The notes beneath the pieces were generated by a model. It was not told where the DNA came from and ran no database searches. It saw only the letters and a list, made by a program, of their open reading frames with translations. Of a stretch of DNA of 44,969 nucleotides, positions 34,549-44,969 are shown one piece after another. This DNA comes from Atractiella rhizophila (lineage: Eukaryota). The first letter of the stretch is position 1. Each line of letters starts with the position of its first letter. The stretch spans positions 1 to 44,969 of the forward strand of contig MU271300.1 of the NCBI GenBank assembly GCA_021432655.1. The letters run 5' to 3'. The position numbers were made by a program, and so were the translations under genes.

Positions 34549-36054
34549 AGTATGACCAAGCTAGACCTGTTGCTTAAGAGGCTCTCGATGAAGCAACATA
34601 TAGACCTTGTAATATCATTTCAGACCACCGAATTCTCATAGTTACTCGTGTGACTAAACAACAGCATCACAAGACGCGGTCGTCGAATTTCGAAGAAACA
34701 CAACGTTGGAAGGGACAGCAAGCAACCTGCACGTGCCGCCGCAGCATACGCGACGTGTTTTGTCACGTTACTCGATAATCCAAGGATTCATTAGAGTCAA
34801 AGGCAGCCATAAATATTTCGCAACTCCTCTTCTTCGAATTTTCAGCTTCAAGCAACCCTGAACAATGCCACCACGTCGAGCAGCAGCAGCTAGAGCGAAC
34901 GGAGGAGGAAACAAGAGCGAGACTTTCCAGGGGATTGAGGATCGTGGTCTCTGGGACGTTCAAGTCGATGTTTGTTACCTCTCTTTACTCTGGATTGCAT
35001 GCTGACAGCCATTTTGTTAAAGTAATCAAACAGCTATCTCAGCTCTTATTACCCAACACGGTGGAACGGTTCTCAAGACCGTTTCTTCGAAGGCGGACGA
35101 CCCAACACATCTCGTAACAACTTCCGCGGAGTACTCAGGCAGCTATCTCGACGACGAAGACGATGGTTTCAGTCGTACACAGAAGCTGGAAGATATCGGA
35201 TGGATCCTGGAATGTGTGATCTGTTTATCCAATGTATGGGCCGCTGAACTGATGGACAATCTGTTAGCGATGCGACCTACAGGTTTTTTAAACGCTAGAT
35301 ATGGGGAATGGTCCACCGTGCTGGAGGAATCTCTGACGAAAGCGCTCACTTTGGCTCCCGAGAGCTCGTTATCAGAAAGGAAGAATGACAGGGAAAGAGA
35401 AATCGTTCCTATGCAGAAGAAAAGAAAACATCATGAAGGTGAAGGGTGTGAGACACAGTAAAGTGTGACCAAGCTAGACTGACTGCTTAAGAGGCTCTCG
35501 ATGAAGCAACATAGAGGCCTTGTAATATCATTTCAGACCACAGAATCCTCATTGTTACTCCTGTGATTAAACAACAGCATCACAAGGCGCAGTCATCGAT
35601 ATTCGAATTTCGAAGAAACACAAACGTTGGAAGGGACCCTAGAACTGCACGTGCCGCCGCAGCATACGCGACGTGTTTTGTCACGTTACTCGATAATCCA
35701 AGGATTCATTAGAGTCAAAGGCGGCCATAAATATTTCGCAACTCCTCTTCTTCGAATTTTCAGCTTCAAGCAACCCTGAACAATGCCACCACGTCGAGCA
35801 GCAGCAGCTAGAGCGAACGGGGGAGGAAACAAGAGCGAGACTTTCCAGGGGATTGAGGATCGTGGTCTCTGGGACGTTCAAGTCGATGTTTGTTACCTCT
35901 CTTTACTCTGGATTGCATGCTGACAGCCATTTTGTTAAAGTAATCAAACAGCTATCTCAGCTCTTATTACCCAACACGGTGGAACGGTTCTCAAGACCGT
36001 TTCTTCGAAGGCGGACGACCCAACACATCTCGTAACAACTTCCGCGGAGTACTC
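34225..36054. repeat. Direct tandem duplication of ~915 bp (34225-35136 and 35138-36054)
   Basis: Covers the last exon of the Zn-cluster gene, the intergenic region and the PARP 5' end. SNPs and small indels lie mostly in the first half. A single A separates the copies at 35137. Confidence 0.96.
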
Positions 36055-37618
36055 TGCCCCTAAAACGGCGAAGACAAAAGATGTCATTGCACTCAAAGAA
36101 GCAGGAAAGGACGTGAAGATTGTCAGTCTCGAATGGCTGAATAAGTGCGTTGCAGAGGAGAAGAAGGTGGACGAAGCGGAATTTGAGGTGAAACAAGAAG
36201 GAGAGGAGGATGAAATGCAGGTTGATGCTGAGGAGAAACCAAAAAGCAAGCAAGCTGCGAATGGAAAAGGAAAGGGGAAGAAGCGTGCAAGATCTCCTTC
36301 GCCTGTCGAAGACGAAGAAGAAGAAGAAGAGGAGGAGGAGGAGGAGAAACCTGCCAAACCTGGTACGCTTTTTTATGTGGTTAAACATTTCTTATTTATT
36401 GGTCGGCGGTATATGGGCTAAAGAACCTAAGATGGTTACGAGAGTGACGAAAAATAATGTCGCTGTGGACGAGATGTTCAGTCAAAAGAGCACGTTTCAC
36501 GTTCATGTTGATCCCGCGACGGGTGTACCTTGGGATGCGAATCTGAACCAAACAAATGCTGGGAAGAACAATAACAAGGTGCCCTACTTCTTTCACTAGG
36601 TTGCACTGCTAACTCCTCCAGGCAGTTTTACAAGATCCAAGTTCTCAAATCCGATACTGGTAACAAGTTCACTTGCTTTACTCGATGGGGTCGTGTTGGT
36701 GAGGTACTTGGTATCCTTTTCACTTCTTTAACCGCAACTGATAAAATGGATCAGAATGGACAAAATAAGGATTTAGGCGGAGGGACGGAACAAGGAGCGA
36801 TCGCTGAGTTCCAGAAGAAGTTCAAGGACAAGGCGAAGATTCCTTGGGAGCAACGTTCTTCTTCGGCCCCAAAAGCTGGTGTGGTTTCTCTCCGATTTCG
36901 CCGCTGAATGCCATGTTGATGAATGTAGGTGCATACACTTTTATTGAGATGGCGTACGATGCCGAGGAAGAGGAGGCAGAAGAAGAAAGACCGGCAAAAA
37001 AACAGGACACTAAGGAAAGGAAGGATACTGTCTCGACCCTCGATAAGAGGGTGCAGGAATTGACTAAGTTAATTTTCAATACCGATACCATGTTTGTCCC
37101 TTTTTTCTAGGTGACTTTATTTCTAATCATGTCTAAAGGAATCAAGTCATGAAGGAGCTCAATTACGATGGTGGGCTTTCCATCCTGCCCCCCTGTTGGT
37201 ACAACGGTTGAGGATGTGAACAGCTAACAAACTCCCTCTTGGCAAATTGTCGAAGAATACCATTTCCAAAGGCTACGAAGTCCTCCGTCGCATCGCCGAT
37301 ATCCTCGCCACAGAAATAGATGATAGGGAAGAAGGCTGGGCATCCGAAGTGTCAACATTGACGGACAACTATTATACCTACATCCCGCACGCCTTTGGGA
37401 GGAACATTGGCCCGAGAATCAATCATTCAAAGATTTTGAAAGATGAAATGGATCTTTTGGACAATTTGAGCGAGATGAAGATCGCAGAGAAGCTCATGAA
37501 GGAGTGCGCTTCTCCCTTTGCAGGCTAATGAAACGGTTTTGACCTTAGTTCATGCAGGGTCGAACCCGTTGACGAACATCCCCTCGACTCGCAGTTCAAG
37601 ACGCTCAATTTGGAGTGA
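35783..37618 (+). pseudogene. Poly(ADP-ribose) polymerase (BRCT-WGR-regulatory), frameshifted near the start and lacking the catalytic domain in this window
   Basis: BRCT (LRIVVSGTF, QHGG, THLVTT, IVSLEWLNKC), WGR (LNQTNAGKNNNK|FYKIQV..TRWGRVGE) and regulatory domain (LPLGKLSK, YYTYIPHAFGR, LLDNLSEMKIA, HPLDSQF). Recognisable similarity stops at about 37615. Confidence 0.85.
36314..36346 (+). repeat. (GAA)5(GAG)6 poly-Glu tract in the PARP linker
   Basis: Read directly; encodes 11 Glu. Confidence 0.9.
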
Positions 37619-37619
37619 A

Positions 37620-40600
37620 CCTCCGGGACTTCTAAGAGTTGCTCGTTAGAGATCAATAATTACTTCTCTTTTACAGTAACCCGTTCCCTGAGTAACTAAA
37701 TGAATCCAGTATAACAGCTGCCGTCTCCTTATGCTTGCTTAGGGCTATTTCAGCTATTCTAGGAGTCAACCGGTTGAGGACGGTGATAGTGACTGCAGGC
37801 TCCTAAGTAGTTAGACCGTTGAATAATATTTGCAAAGCAAGGCTTTAAGAGAGTATAGTACAGCGGGGAGATGCTAGATTGGTACCCTCGAGGTTTCTTT
37901 GCTAGCCGCTAATAGACCTGAGTTCTAACAGTTGTTAGGAAGCTCCGCTATTTTGTTACGGATTGCTGGTGTCGAGAAGAAGCGGTAGGTGCGGGAAAGA
38001 GGGGTAAGCAATAGCTGACGCTGCGAAGTCCTTCTTTATATCCTCGCCAGGATGTTGTCCTACTTCCACAGTTGAAGTATTTTCCTGTTGGGAAGCTGGA
38101 ACAGTTAATAAGCTTCTGCAAGTTCCTCTTCTTGGAAGCCGGTCAGCGCATGCTAAGTTTCTGCAGATAGAGGATGCCTCGTCTTCATAAGCCGTGTTCT
38201 CTCCCTCAACAACCGATATCACGTAAGCAATTTCGTGACCTCCCCTATACACCTTCCCAGCGGATAGAACCAAGCATGTCTAGTGCTTAGAGAAATTTAT
38301 AAAAAGCGAGCGTTTCCGTGCAGAGCTCTTCTGAACGGTCTAAACACCTGCTTTAGCTTGTGAAGCTGCAGCTTTAGTAAATGTCCGGGCCTTCTTTGGT
38401 CGACCGCCGACTGCGGAACAGGGCTGCTCTTCCTGAAGGACTGCAAGGGCTGCTGCTATGCGTATGAGGTGAGAAACGTCGGGGATAGCTAAGTAGCCTT
38501 AGTGGAGAGTGGAAAGGACTTTTCAAGCGTAGCCGTCGTTAGAGGGACTTCTTTTATCTCCTCCTAAACTTCCCTCCTTCCTCCTAGCTCCTTAATTGCT
38601 TATTCGCAAAGGAGAACGAGTTGCCACTGAATAAAGCATAACCTTACCTACCCTTTGTAGAAGCCTAAGGATGGTGGCAGCTCCTGCGACAGTTCTAGCG
38701 ATGTCGATAGGTGGTTCTGAATCCTGTAAATCGGCGGGCAAGCTGTCACCTTGTTTAAGTTAATGCAGAGACCTGCGGAAAGTTAGTGCTGGAGCGAGTT
38801 ATGCAACAGCTATCCACATGGCTTACAGTTAAGGAGCTGGTAGTGGCGTAACCGGGAGTTGGCGAGGTAGGAGAGGCCGGTAGTGAGCGAAAGCTGAAGA
38901 CCAGAGAGCTGAAGCAACCGGGGGAGGGCGAGAGAGCTAGTTTCTTGGTCATAGAGTAATGGCGATAGCTAGTACCGTGGTTGACCACGAAACGCTGACG
39001 GGATGGTTCTACGCTGCTTCTTAGCCGACAGGTCTACCAGTTCAATTAGCAAGTTCTTGCTCCTTTTGGGTCAGCTTATGAGTGCCTGTTGCCTGAGGTC
39101 AAAGATCCTGACATGAAGGTTTGGTGCAACGCGGCAAATCCTTAAGTCGTGGAGTTCTGCTGGGGAATGGTAGGTGTCTGGTTGCCTGCTTAGCTTGCCA
39201 AGGTAGTCTGTAAGCAACCTTAGGAACGTGCCAAGACGAGGGGTCCTTTAGTCCTGTTCACCCTACTTAAACAACCTCTGCGGAACAACCGGCATGCTCG
39301 ATTGTTCTGAGCTTGCAAACCTGTAAGCGGAAAGAAGGAGTTGAAGCCAGTCCTGGGACAGGAGGGGAGACTAGCTGGGGTAGGTTAGAGAGGACCGAGG
39401 TGGCTTGTTACAGAGTGCTTCAGTTCGTTCTAGTTATAGCTGCTTCGCTTATGCAGGTGCTAGAGTGTCTGCAAGCCCGAGCTCGAAGGGTTGCGCGAAA
39501 ACTATAAGCTCTTGCTGCTCGGGTCCTAGCTCTGCTTGAGATGCGACTGGTTCCTAAGTAGTAACCTCTGAATCACGACGCTACCTTGCTGTCCGCACGT
39601 TTGTTCAACGTCGGATCTACCCTACCTGGCAAGTTCTAGTTTCCTTACCGCCTATTGCCTTGAATGGTCGACCTCTGTTGTGTGCCAATACACAATTCCT
39701 GCGAATAGTTACCTCTTTTCGACTTTAACAAGTCTTGTTTTGTAAGATAATGCTTAGGCCTTGAGACCATAAGCTGTGTTGCTGACGTTCGAGTTCTAGC
39801 TTACCGGGTCCCTAAAGCAGGCGGAGGTTAGCAACCTGGAGTTGGTGGAGCGCAAACCTGAGGAGGAGGTTAAGGTGCTGATGGATGAGGAGGAGGTGGT
39901 GTAGGCTGAGGCTCTCGTGGGGGATCGCGAGGAGGGCAAGGCGGGTCAGCAGGTGCTGGTCAAGGAAGCTGAGCTCAAGATGCTTGAGCTGGAGGAGGTG
40001 GGGGAGGAGCAGGAAGAGGGCGAGGGGCAGGAGTCTGCAGCGCTGTTGGTGCTCGATGAGCGGTCCTCCATGGACTGTTGGTGGTCGCGGGACTTGGAGA
40101 CGCTTATGAGGAAATGCTAGTCCTGCAAGGCGGTCACGTGGAGCTGTAGATCTGTTAAGGTCTTAGATTTTCTACAGTTGCTGTAGACCTAAGTTACATA
40201 TTTTAACACGCATAAAGTGGAAAGCAGCACGAAAACTCCATATCTAAGGGCATTCGACATATGCTCGCAAAGTATATGATCTAGCCCAAAAGGGAGAGAT
40301 CGTGAATAAGGAACGAAAGATTATACAACAGAATGAGAAGGAGACAAGAGAAACCAGAGACGCACGGGGCCAACACATAGACAAACTAAGATAAAGAAAA
40401 TAGAAAGGTACTCGGACTCTACCGAGTCCAACTCTTCCCCTACTACACCTATGCTACTGAGGAGGCAATCTCAGTACCAAGGGCAGATGACGAAGCTGTG
40501 GTGAAACCCCTTAAGGGACAGGAAGGTTGTGGAGAAGAGAGGGGTAGTAAGAGGGGGAGTAACGTTGTAAGTCCAGTGCGTAATCCACTAGGACATTACT

Positions 40601-43134
40601 AACAATCATAGAGAGGAATGAGGGGATAAGGCAGAGAATACTAACAATGAAACGAGAGAACGTATAAGCTACTAACAAATACCATAGTAACCATAAAGTA
40701 CAAATATATTCCGGAGAGCATGTCGATACATTTAAGTCTGAACAAGGGTCAGAGTTGGAGCGTAAGGCGGAGAGCGTAAAGATTGGAATTGGAAAGGCAT
40801 ATGCGGCATAAGTGTCCGTCTAAACTAGTGCACTGCGAAAACTCTCCTCAACTTATTTTCACGGAACTTTTCTGGTCTTTTCGTCCTTCTTCATACCGAT
40901 TATGGTGGCACGCTCCTCGGGAAAGCTAGGTACCGTTTTTGGGTGTCCATGCATAGATAAAGAGTGTAAAACAAGGCGGAAAGCTCAAATAAAACAAGAG
41001 CGCACAAGGTCGGGTCTTGAAGTACGACCGGTAGTTGGTCTGGGAGATTGCGTTGTCTCACGTTTTTGAATTTTGACGACAGACACGGTTATTTTCAAAT
41101 CTTCCAGAGATCGATATTTCTTTGTCGATACTCATGCCCAAAGGAACGATTATTGTATGACGTAACAGCGAAGAGCTTTCTAGGAAATTGACTCGCTGAC
41201 AGATAAGCGGGATCAAGGAGCAGCTCGCGCAGTAGTCTCCAGCTTAGATGCTCAGCGAGATGACCTTTCTTGTGACAAAGCGAGAATGACGTCGCTGGTA
41301 GTAACTGTTCCGTGACCTCGAGTTCAAATAACCTCCCTGCATACGCTTAGAATTCGGCTGTCTTAAGTACACAGAAAGGGAGTTCAACGACGTCTATGTC
41401 GGGCTCTTCCGATATCACAATCTCATAAACTTCCGTCTCCTTATGTTCAAGCACGAGGAAAATACTTTATGTGGGTTCCTCTCCTACAGTGACTATTCAC
41501 AACCTTATCCATAGACTCCCGTAACCGACATAAAATGTAAGCAGAGTGAAAAAGAGGTGAACTCCACATAGTCTGAGAGCTTGGCGATGAGTTACTGATG
41601 GCTTTTTATGCGATAGCTAGTTACCCACACAAGAGAAGGACAGTGTAAAAGGGTAACCACTAAGAGCGGTAGTGTAGAAGTCTACCTTCGATAAGATAAT
41701 GTTGCTACCTGAGGAAATAACTGAGGGAAGACGCTAGGCTTTCTCAGACGCTGTAGGTCGACGGGGCGGAGTGTGTTGCTTTCCACAACCTTCTTTGGCT
41801 TCTCGACCTCGGCGCCTGTTCGTTCGACCCTTTCCGTTATAACCCACTCTCTCTTGCATCGCACTGCGGTCTCCTCCTCTCCGTCGCCATACAGTCGCAG
41901 TCGGGGCTCTATTCGCTTCTTCTCCTATCCATGCAGTCAGTCTCGGGTCTCCAGTCGCTGTTGCTCCTCCTTCTCCTTTCCCACTCGTCTGTTGGGAGGG
42001 GACTCTCCAAGCAAAGTTTTAGTGGACTCCACAGCCTCCTACTTCTTACTCTGGCTATGATGGCATTGAAACTACACAGCAAACGGGAACATTTACATTA
42101 CACAACAAGAAAAAATTCAGTTAACTAGTCAAGTCGTACACTCAGCTGCCGTGTCTTTTCCGTAACAAGAGTTGCTACTCTACATACTTATGTAGTCCAT
42201 TAGCTTTACCAGCTTCTTTGTTCTTGAGGTTTTGGTTAGGCACTTGTGAGTCATTATCGAACTTTTTAGCGTCTGCTCGTTCATAGAGTTGAAGTTGGAC
42301 AACGATGTACTCGTAAAGGCTCACCTCCTCTCCTTTCTTGCGTGACTAGGCAAGCTATCTGCTACTTGAGCAGTATGTCATCCGATGAGACACGGAAGTA
42401 CAGGAAGCCGAAACTCAAGTTGCGTCCGTAGAGTTATGGACGTACCAAACGCTTTGTAATCAGAGACTTAGAGCTCTGCTACCACTTTTGTACGGAAGTT
42501 CAAGCCCTGAGTCGTGGAAGCGCAGAAGGGTAAACGAGCCGACCCACAACGGGTGAGGGGTTCACCTGTTTTTTGGCCGAAAGAACGTGCTAAGTCGACG
42601 GAGCATAAGGCGGACTACGGAGTGCATCTTACCAAGGCCGGGTTCAACCCGAAGCGTCTCATCGTCTTACGGAAACGGCGGACTCTATGACCCCATTGTC
42701 ATAGGTCGTCTAAACCTTCGCTTGCTTCGCTCCATCTGAGGGAACGGTTTGTACATAGGGCTGTGACCACGGAGTCCTCCTCGCTAGGCGTCTGGAACTC
42801 TTTCCTATGGACATTATGAGAGGACTTATATGTAGTCTTCATTCCCTTGCTCTCTGTTGTGTGGTTGTTTCAACCAGCTGGACGATGGCACGGTATTCTC
42901 GGAAGAGAAAGGAAACAGGACAAGTACGTAGGGTCGGAAGAGTTTAGATCGGACGAGCGGAAAGGCTCGTTTAAACATGCGTAACACATAGAACTCGGGC
43001 ATCACTACGCAGCGGGATTAAGAATACAGTCATCTCACTCATTTCCCCCACAACACGTTGCCTGGGCGATCATAAACAGTTGTTGCAGACGTCAAAGCAC
43101 ATGAGGAGCGATCTTCGCAGCTGCCCCAAGTACA
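37620..43134 (-). mobile_element. Decayed repeat- or transposon-derived region with stop-riddled minus-strand ORF relics; family not identified
   Basis: No intact genes, TpA excess, and coding-like minus-strand frames at about 37.7-40.2 kb and 41.2-43.1 kb broken by TAA/TAG/TGA. No RT, integrase, transposase motif or terminal repeat was recognised. Confidence 0.5.
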
Positions 43135-43159
43135 NNNNNNNNNNNNNNNNNNNNNNNNN
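43135..43159. other. Assembly gap (25 N, true size probably larger)
   Basis: Sequence resumes mid-exon of MED4. Confidence 1.
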
Positions 43160-44137
43160 GAGGAAGAGGAGGATGAGTGGGAAGAGGCTCTGGAGAGAAT
43201 AGAGAGAATGGAGGAGGCGTTGAAGGAGTGTGGTGCAGGGGAAGAGTGGCAGAGGGAGAAGAGGGAGATAGAGGATGCAAGGATAAGTGAGTGCCTCTTC
43301 CCTTCAACATACTCCGCCTGTGTTACTAGAGAATCTGTCCTTAATTGCACGAGAATTAGTAATTGTGGATTTTCTACATTGCTCAATCGTTGAATTCCGT
43401 GAAGTTTTTGGACATTTTCAGAAGGCTGCATTGTCCTACCTTTGTGGTCTGCATTATTTTCCGTTCCTTTGTAACCTCTGAGATTGAGTATGTAATTGTC
43501 AATGCTTAGTCTAAGTAAATGTGTCAGGGCCTCGTAGGGCTTCTATCATGACCTTCATTGCACCTGTAGCTGACTAGAGGCACATTTGATCGTGAGGACA
43601 CTCTCTCGCGTAGATCTTTCCTGTCGCACGCAGATGACTGGATCTGGATCATCTCATGGTCTCATGACTTTGCACCCATGAAAGACGGGCATCCTAACCT
43701 TTGATGGATGGATACATTTTGCGGTTCAGTTTATCACAAGAGACTAACCATTCCATTAACCCACTGTAGACCCTCTCTCTTCGACCCGAATCCTCACGCA
43801 CGCTCAGCGTCTTGCTCCCTTCACCTCCTCACTCACCTCCCTTCCCTCCTCTCTCCAAACCCTCCAGAGCACCGTCCTCCCACCACACATACGGCCGCCC
43901 TTCCCATCCGAGACGTCCATGCGTCAAGGAAGATTGGCGGCGTCGATACTAAGGGGTAGCGTTGGGGAGATTAGCGAGACGAAACCTCCGGTGGTGGATG
44001 AGGAGGGGAGGAGGAGGCTGGAAGAAGTCAGACTGGAGATGGGCCGGAGGGAGCGGGGGAAGAGGGAGAGGGAGAGGGAGAAGAAGAAGGAAGGGATCGT
44101 CGCCGGGTTCGAGCTCGACCTTAATCCGGAGCTTTAG
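43160..44137 (+). CDS. MED4: Mediator subunit 4, 3' part (5' end lost in gap)
   Basis: Coiled-coil-like exon 43160-43286 and phase-1 intron 43287-43769, then NPLSSTRILTHAQRLAPFTS...RPPFPSETSMRQGRL...FELDLNPEL*, matching my recollection of the basidiomycete Med4 C-terminus. Confidence 0.82.
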
Positions 44138-44277
44138 CTACTCTGTGAGACAGTGGTCGCTGATGTGACAAGCTTGTTACGTTGGATTATTGGATTTGAT
44201 AACGATACGACAAAGTCTATCATGCGACCATGTACAATATGCCCCTTCCTTCTGCTTGTATAAAGATGAGCACCAAA

Positions 44278-44969
44278 CTAGAACATGCTGTTCATGAACT
44301 TCATCGACGCCTCCACACCTAAGAACGTAGCAGCATTCGCTGGTATAGCCTGTCCGCACCACGCCATGTCAGCCCGAGATCCTCGTTTCCTGACCACCAG
44401 CAAGATAGACGAAAGCAACTCTTACCCTGGCCATAGCTGGTCCAAATCCTTTGAACAGCGCACCGACCCCATCTTGCGCAATCGTCTTCCGTGCACAGTC
44501 CATGAAACCGGAGTACACTCCATGGGGAGCAGCCTGCAGCCTCGACTTGATCACCTACAAACCATCACGAACACTGGTCAATTCGAGCCAAAAGCAAGAA
44601 ACAGAGGCGAATGGGTGACAAACGTCAGGCGGCAGCGCGATCAACCACATTGCTACTCCTGCAAGTCCACCAGAGGCGATCACAGCTCCGAGGTTGAGGT
44701 CGGAGGCAGATGCGCCGGCTGGAGTCAGAGCTTTCTTGGAGGCTTCGTATGCTGCAAAGTACCAGCTGCCAGTTTCCACCGTGTCTTGCGTTTATGTTTC
44801 CAGGTTAGCTGCAATAACCGTTTGACATGTTTCTTCCTCCCCACGCAAGGTAGAAAGCACCCTGCGATCCCCTGTTAGCGTTCCCTGCCCGGTCCATCGC
44901 GGCGCATTCATAAGAACGAGGACAAGGGTACCAGCTAACAACTCATCTCTGACTAACCTGCCATTGTCG
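44278..44969 (-). CDS. CRC1: Mitochondrial carnitine/acylcarnitine carrier, 3' part
   Basis: YFAAYEASKKALTP..GGLAGVAMWLIALPPD|VIKSRLQ..YSGFMDCARKTIAQDGVGALFKGFGPAMAR|AIPANAATFLGVE..NSMF*. Confidence 0.92.

Noticed and set aside
7307..40140. CACGTG E-boxes as a shared regulon
   Set aside because: About 11 occurrences in the whole window, roughly chance expectation for a 6-mer in 45 kb; only the two respiratory genes are noted, at low interest.
37620..43134. Intact LTR retrotransposon, Helitron or DNA transposon
   Set aside because: No paired LTRs, TIRs, target-site duplication or catalytic motifs found by eye; the small hairpin at 40410-40429 is too weak to call a terminus.
1..44969. CRISPR arrays, operons or prokaryotic defence systems
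   Set aside because: The sequence is eukaryotic with spliceosomal introns and shows no repeat-spacer array.

Overview
Intron-rich fungal genomic DNA, basidiomycete-like and possibly Pucciniomycotina (judged from intron signals and protein similarity; species not determined). About 16 genes in order: 3' end of a lactonase, MET10, a G3P acyltransferase, MPDU1, a Vba-type MFS transporter, a CE2-like SGNH esterase divergent from a PTS1-bearing flavocytochrome b2-like enzyme, a secreted and probably GPI-anchored alpha/beta hydrolase, SOF1, an EF-hand type-II NADH dehydrogenase, NDUFA6, a Pho85/Clg1-type cyclin, an atypical Zn2Cys6 protein, a broken PARP, the 3' part of MED4 and the 3' part of CRC1. 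Between PARP and MED4 lies about 5.5 kb of decayed, C-to-T-mutated repeat-like DNA. The most notable signals are a ~1.6 kb ATG-free, apparently spliced leader before the cyclin, 2-nt and 5-nt micro-exons needed to keep frame, RIP-like decay, and two tandem duplications each joined by a single non-templated A (probably overlapping haplotigs). Small indels in the first 7 kb are probably consensus errors. Exon models were read by hand and no database searches were run.
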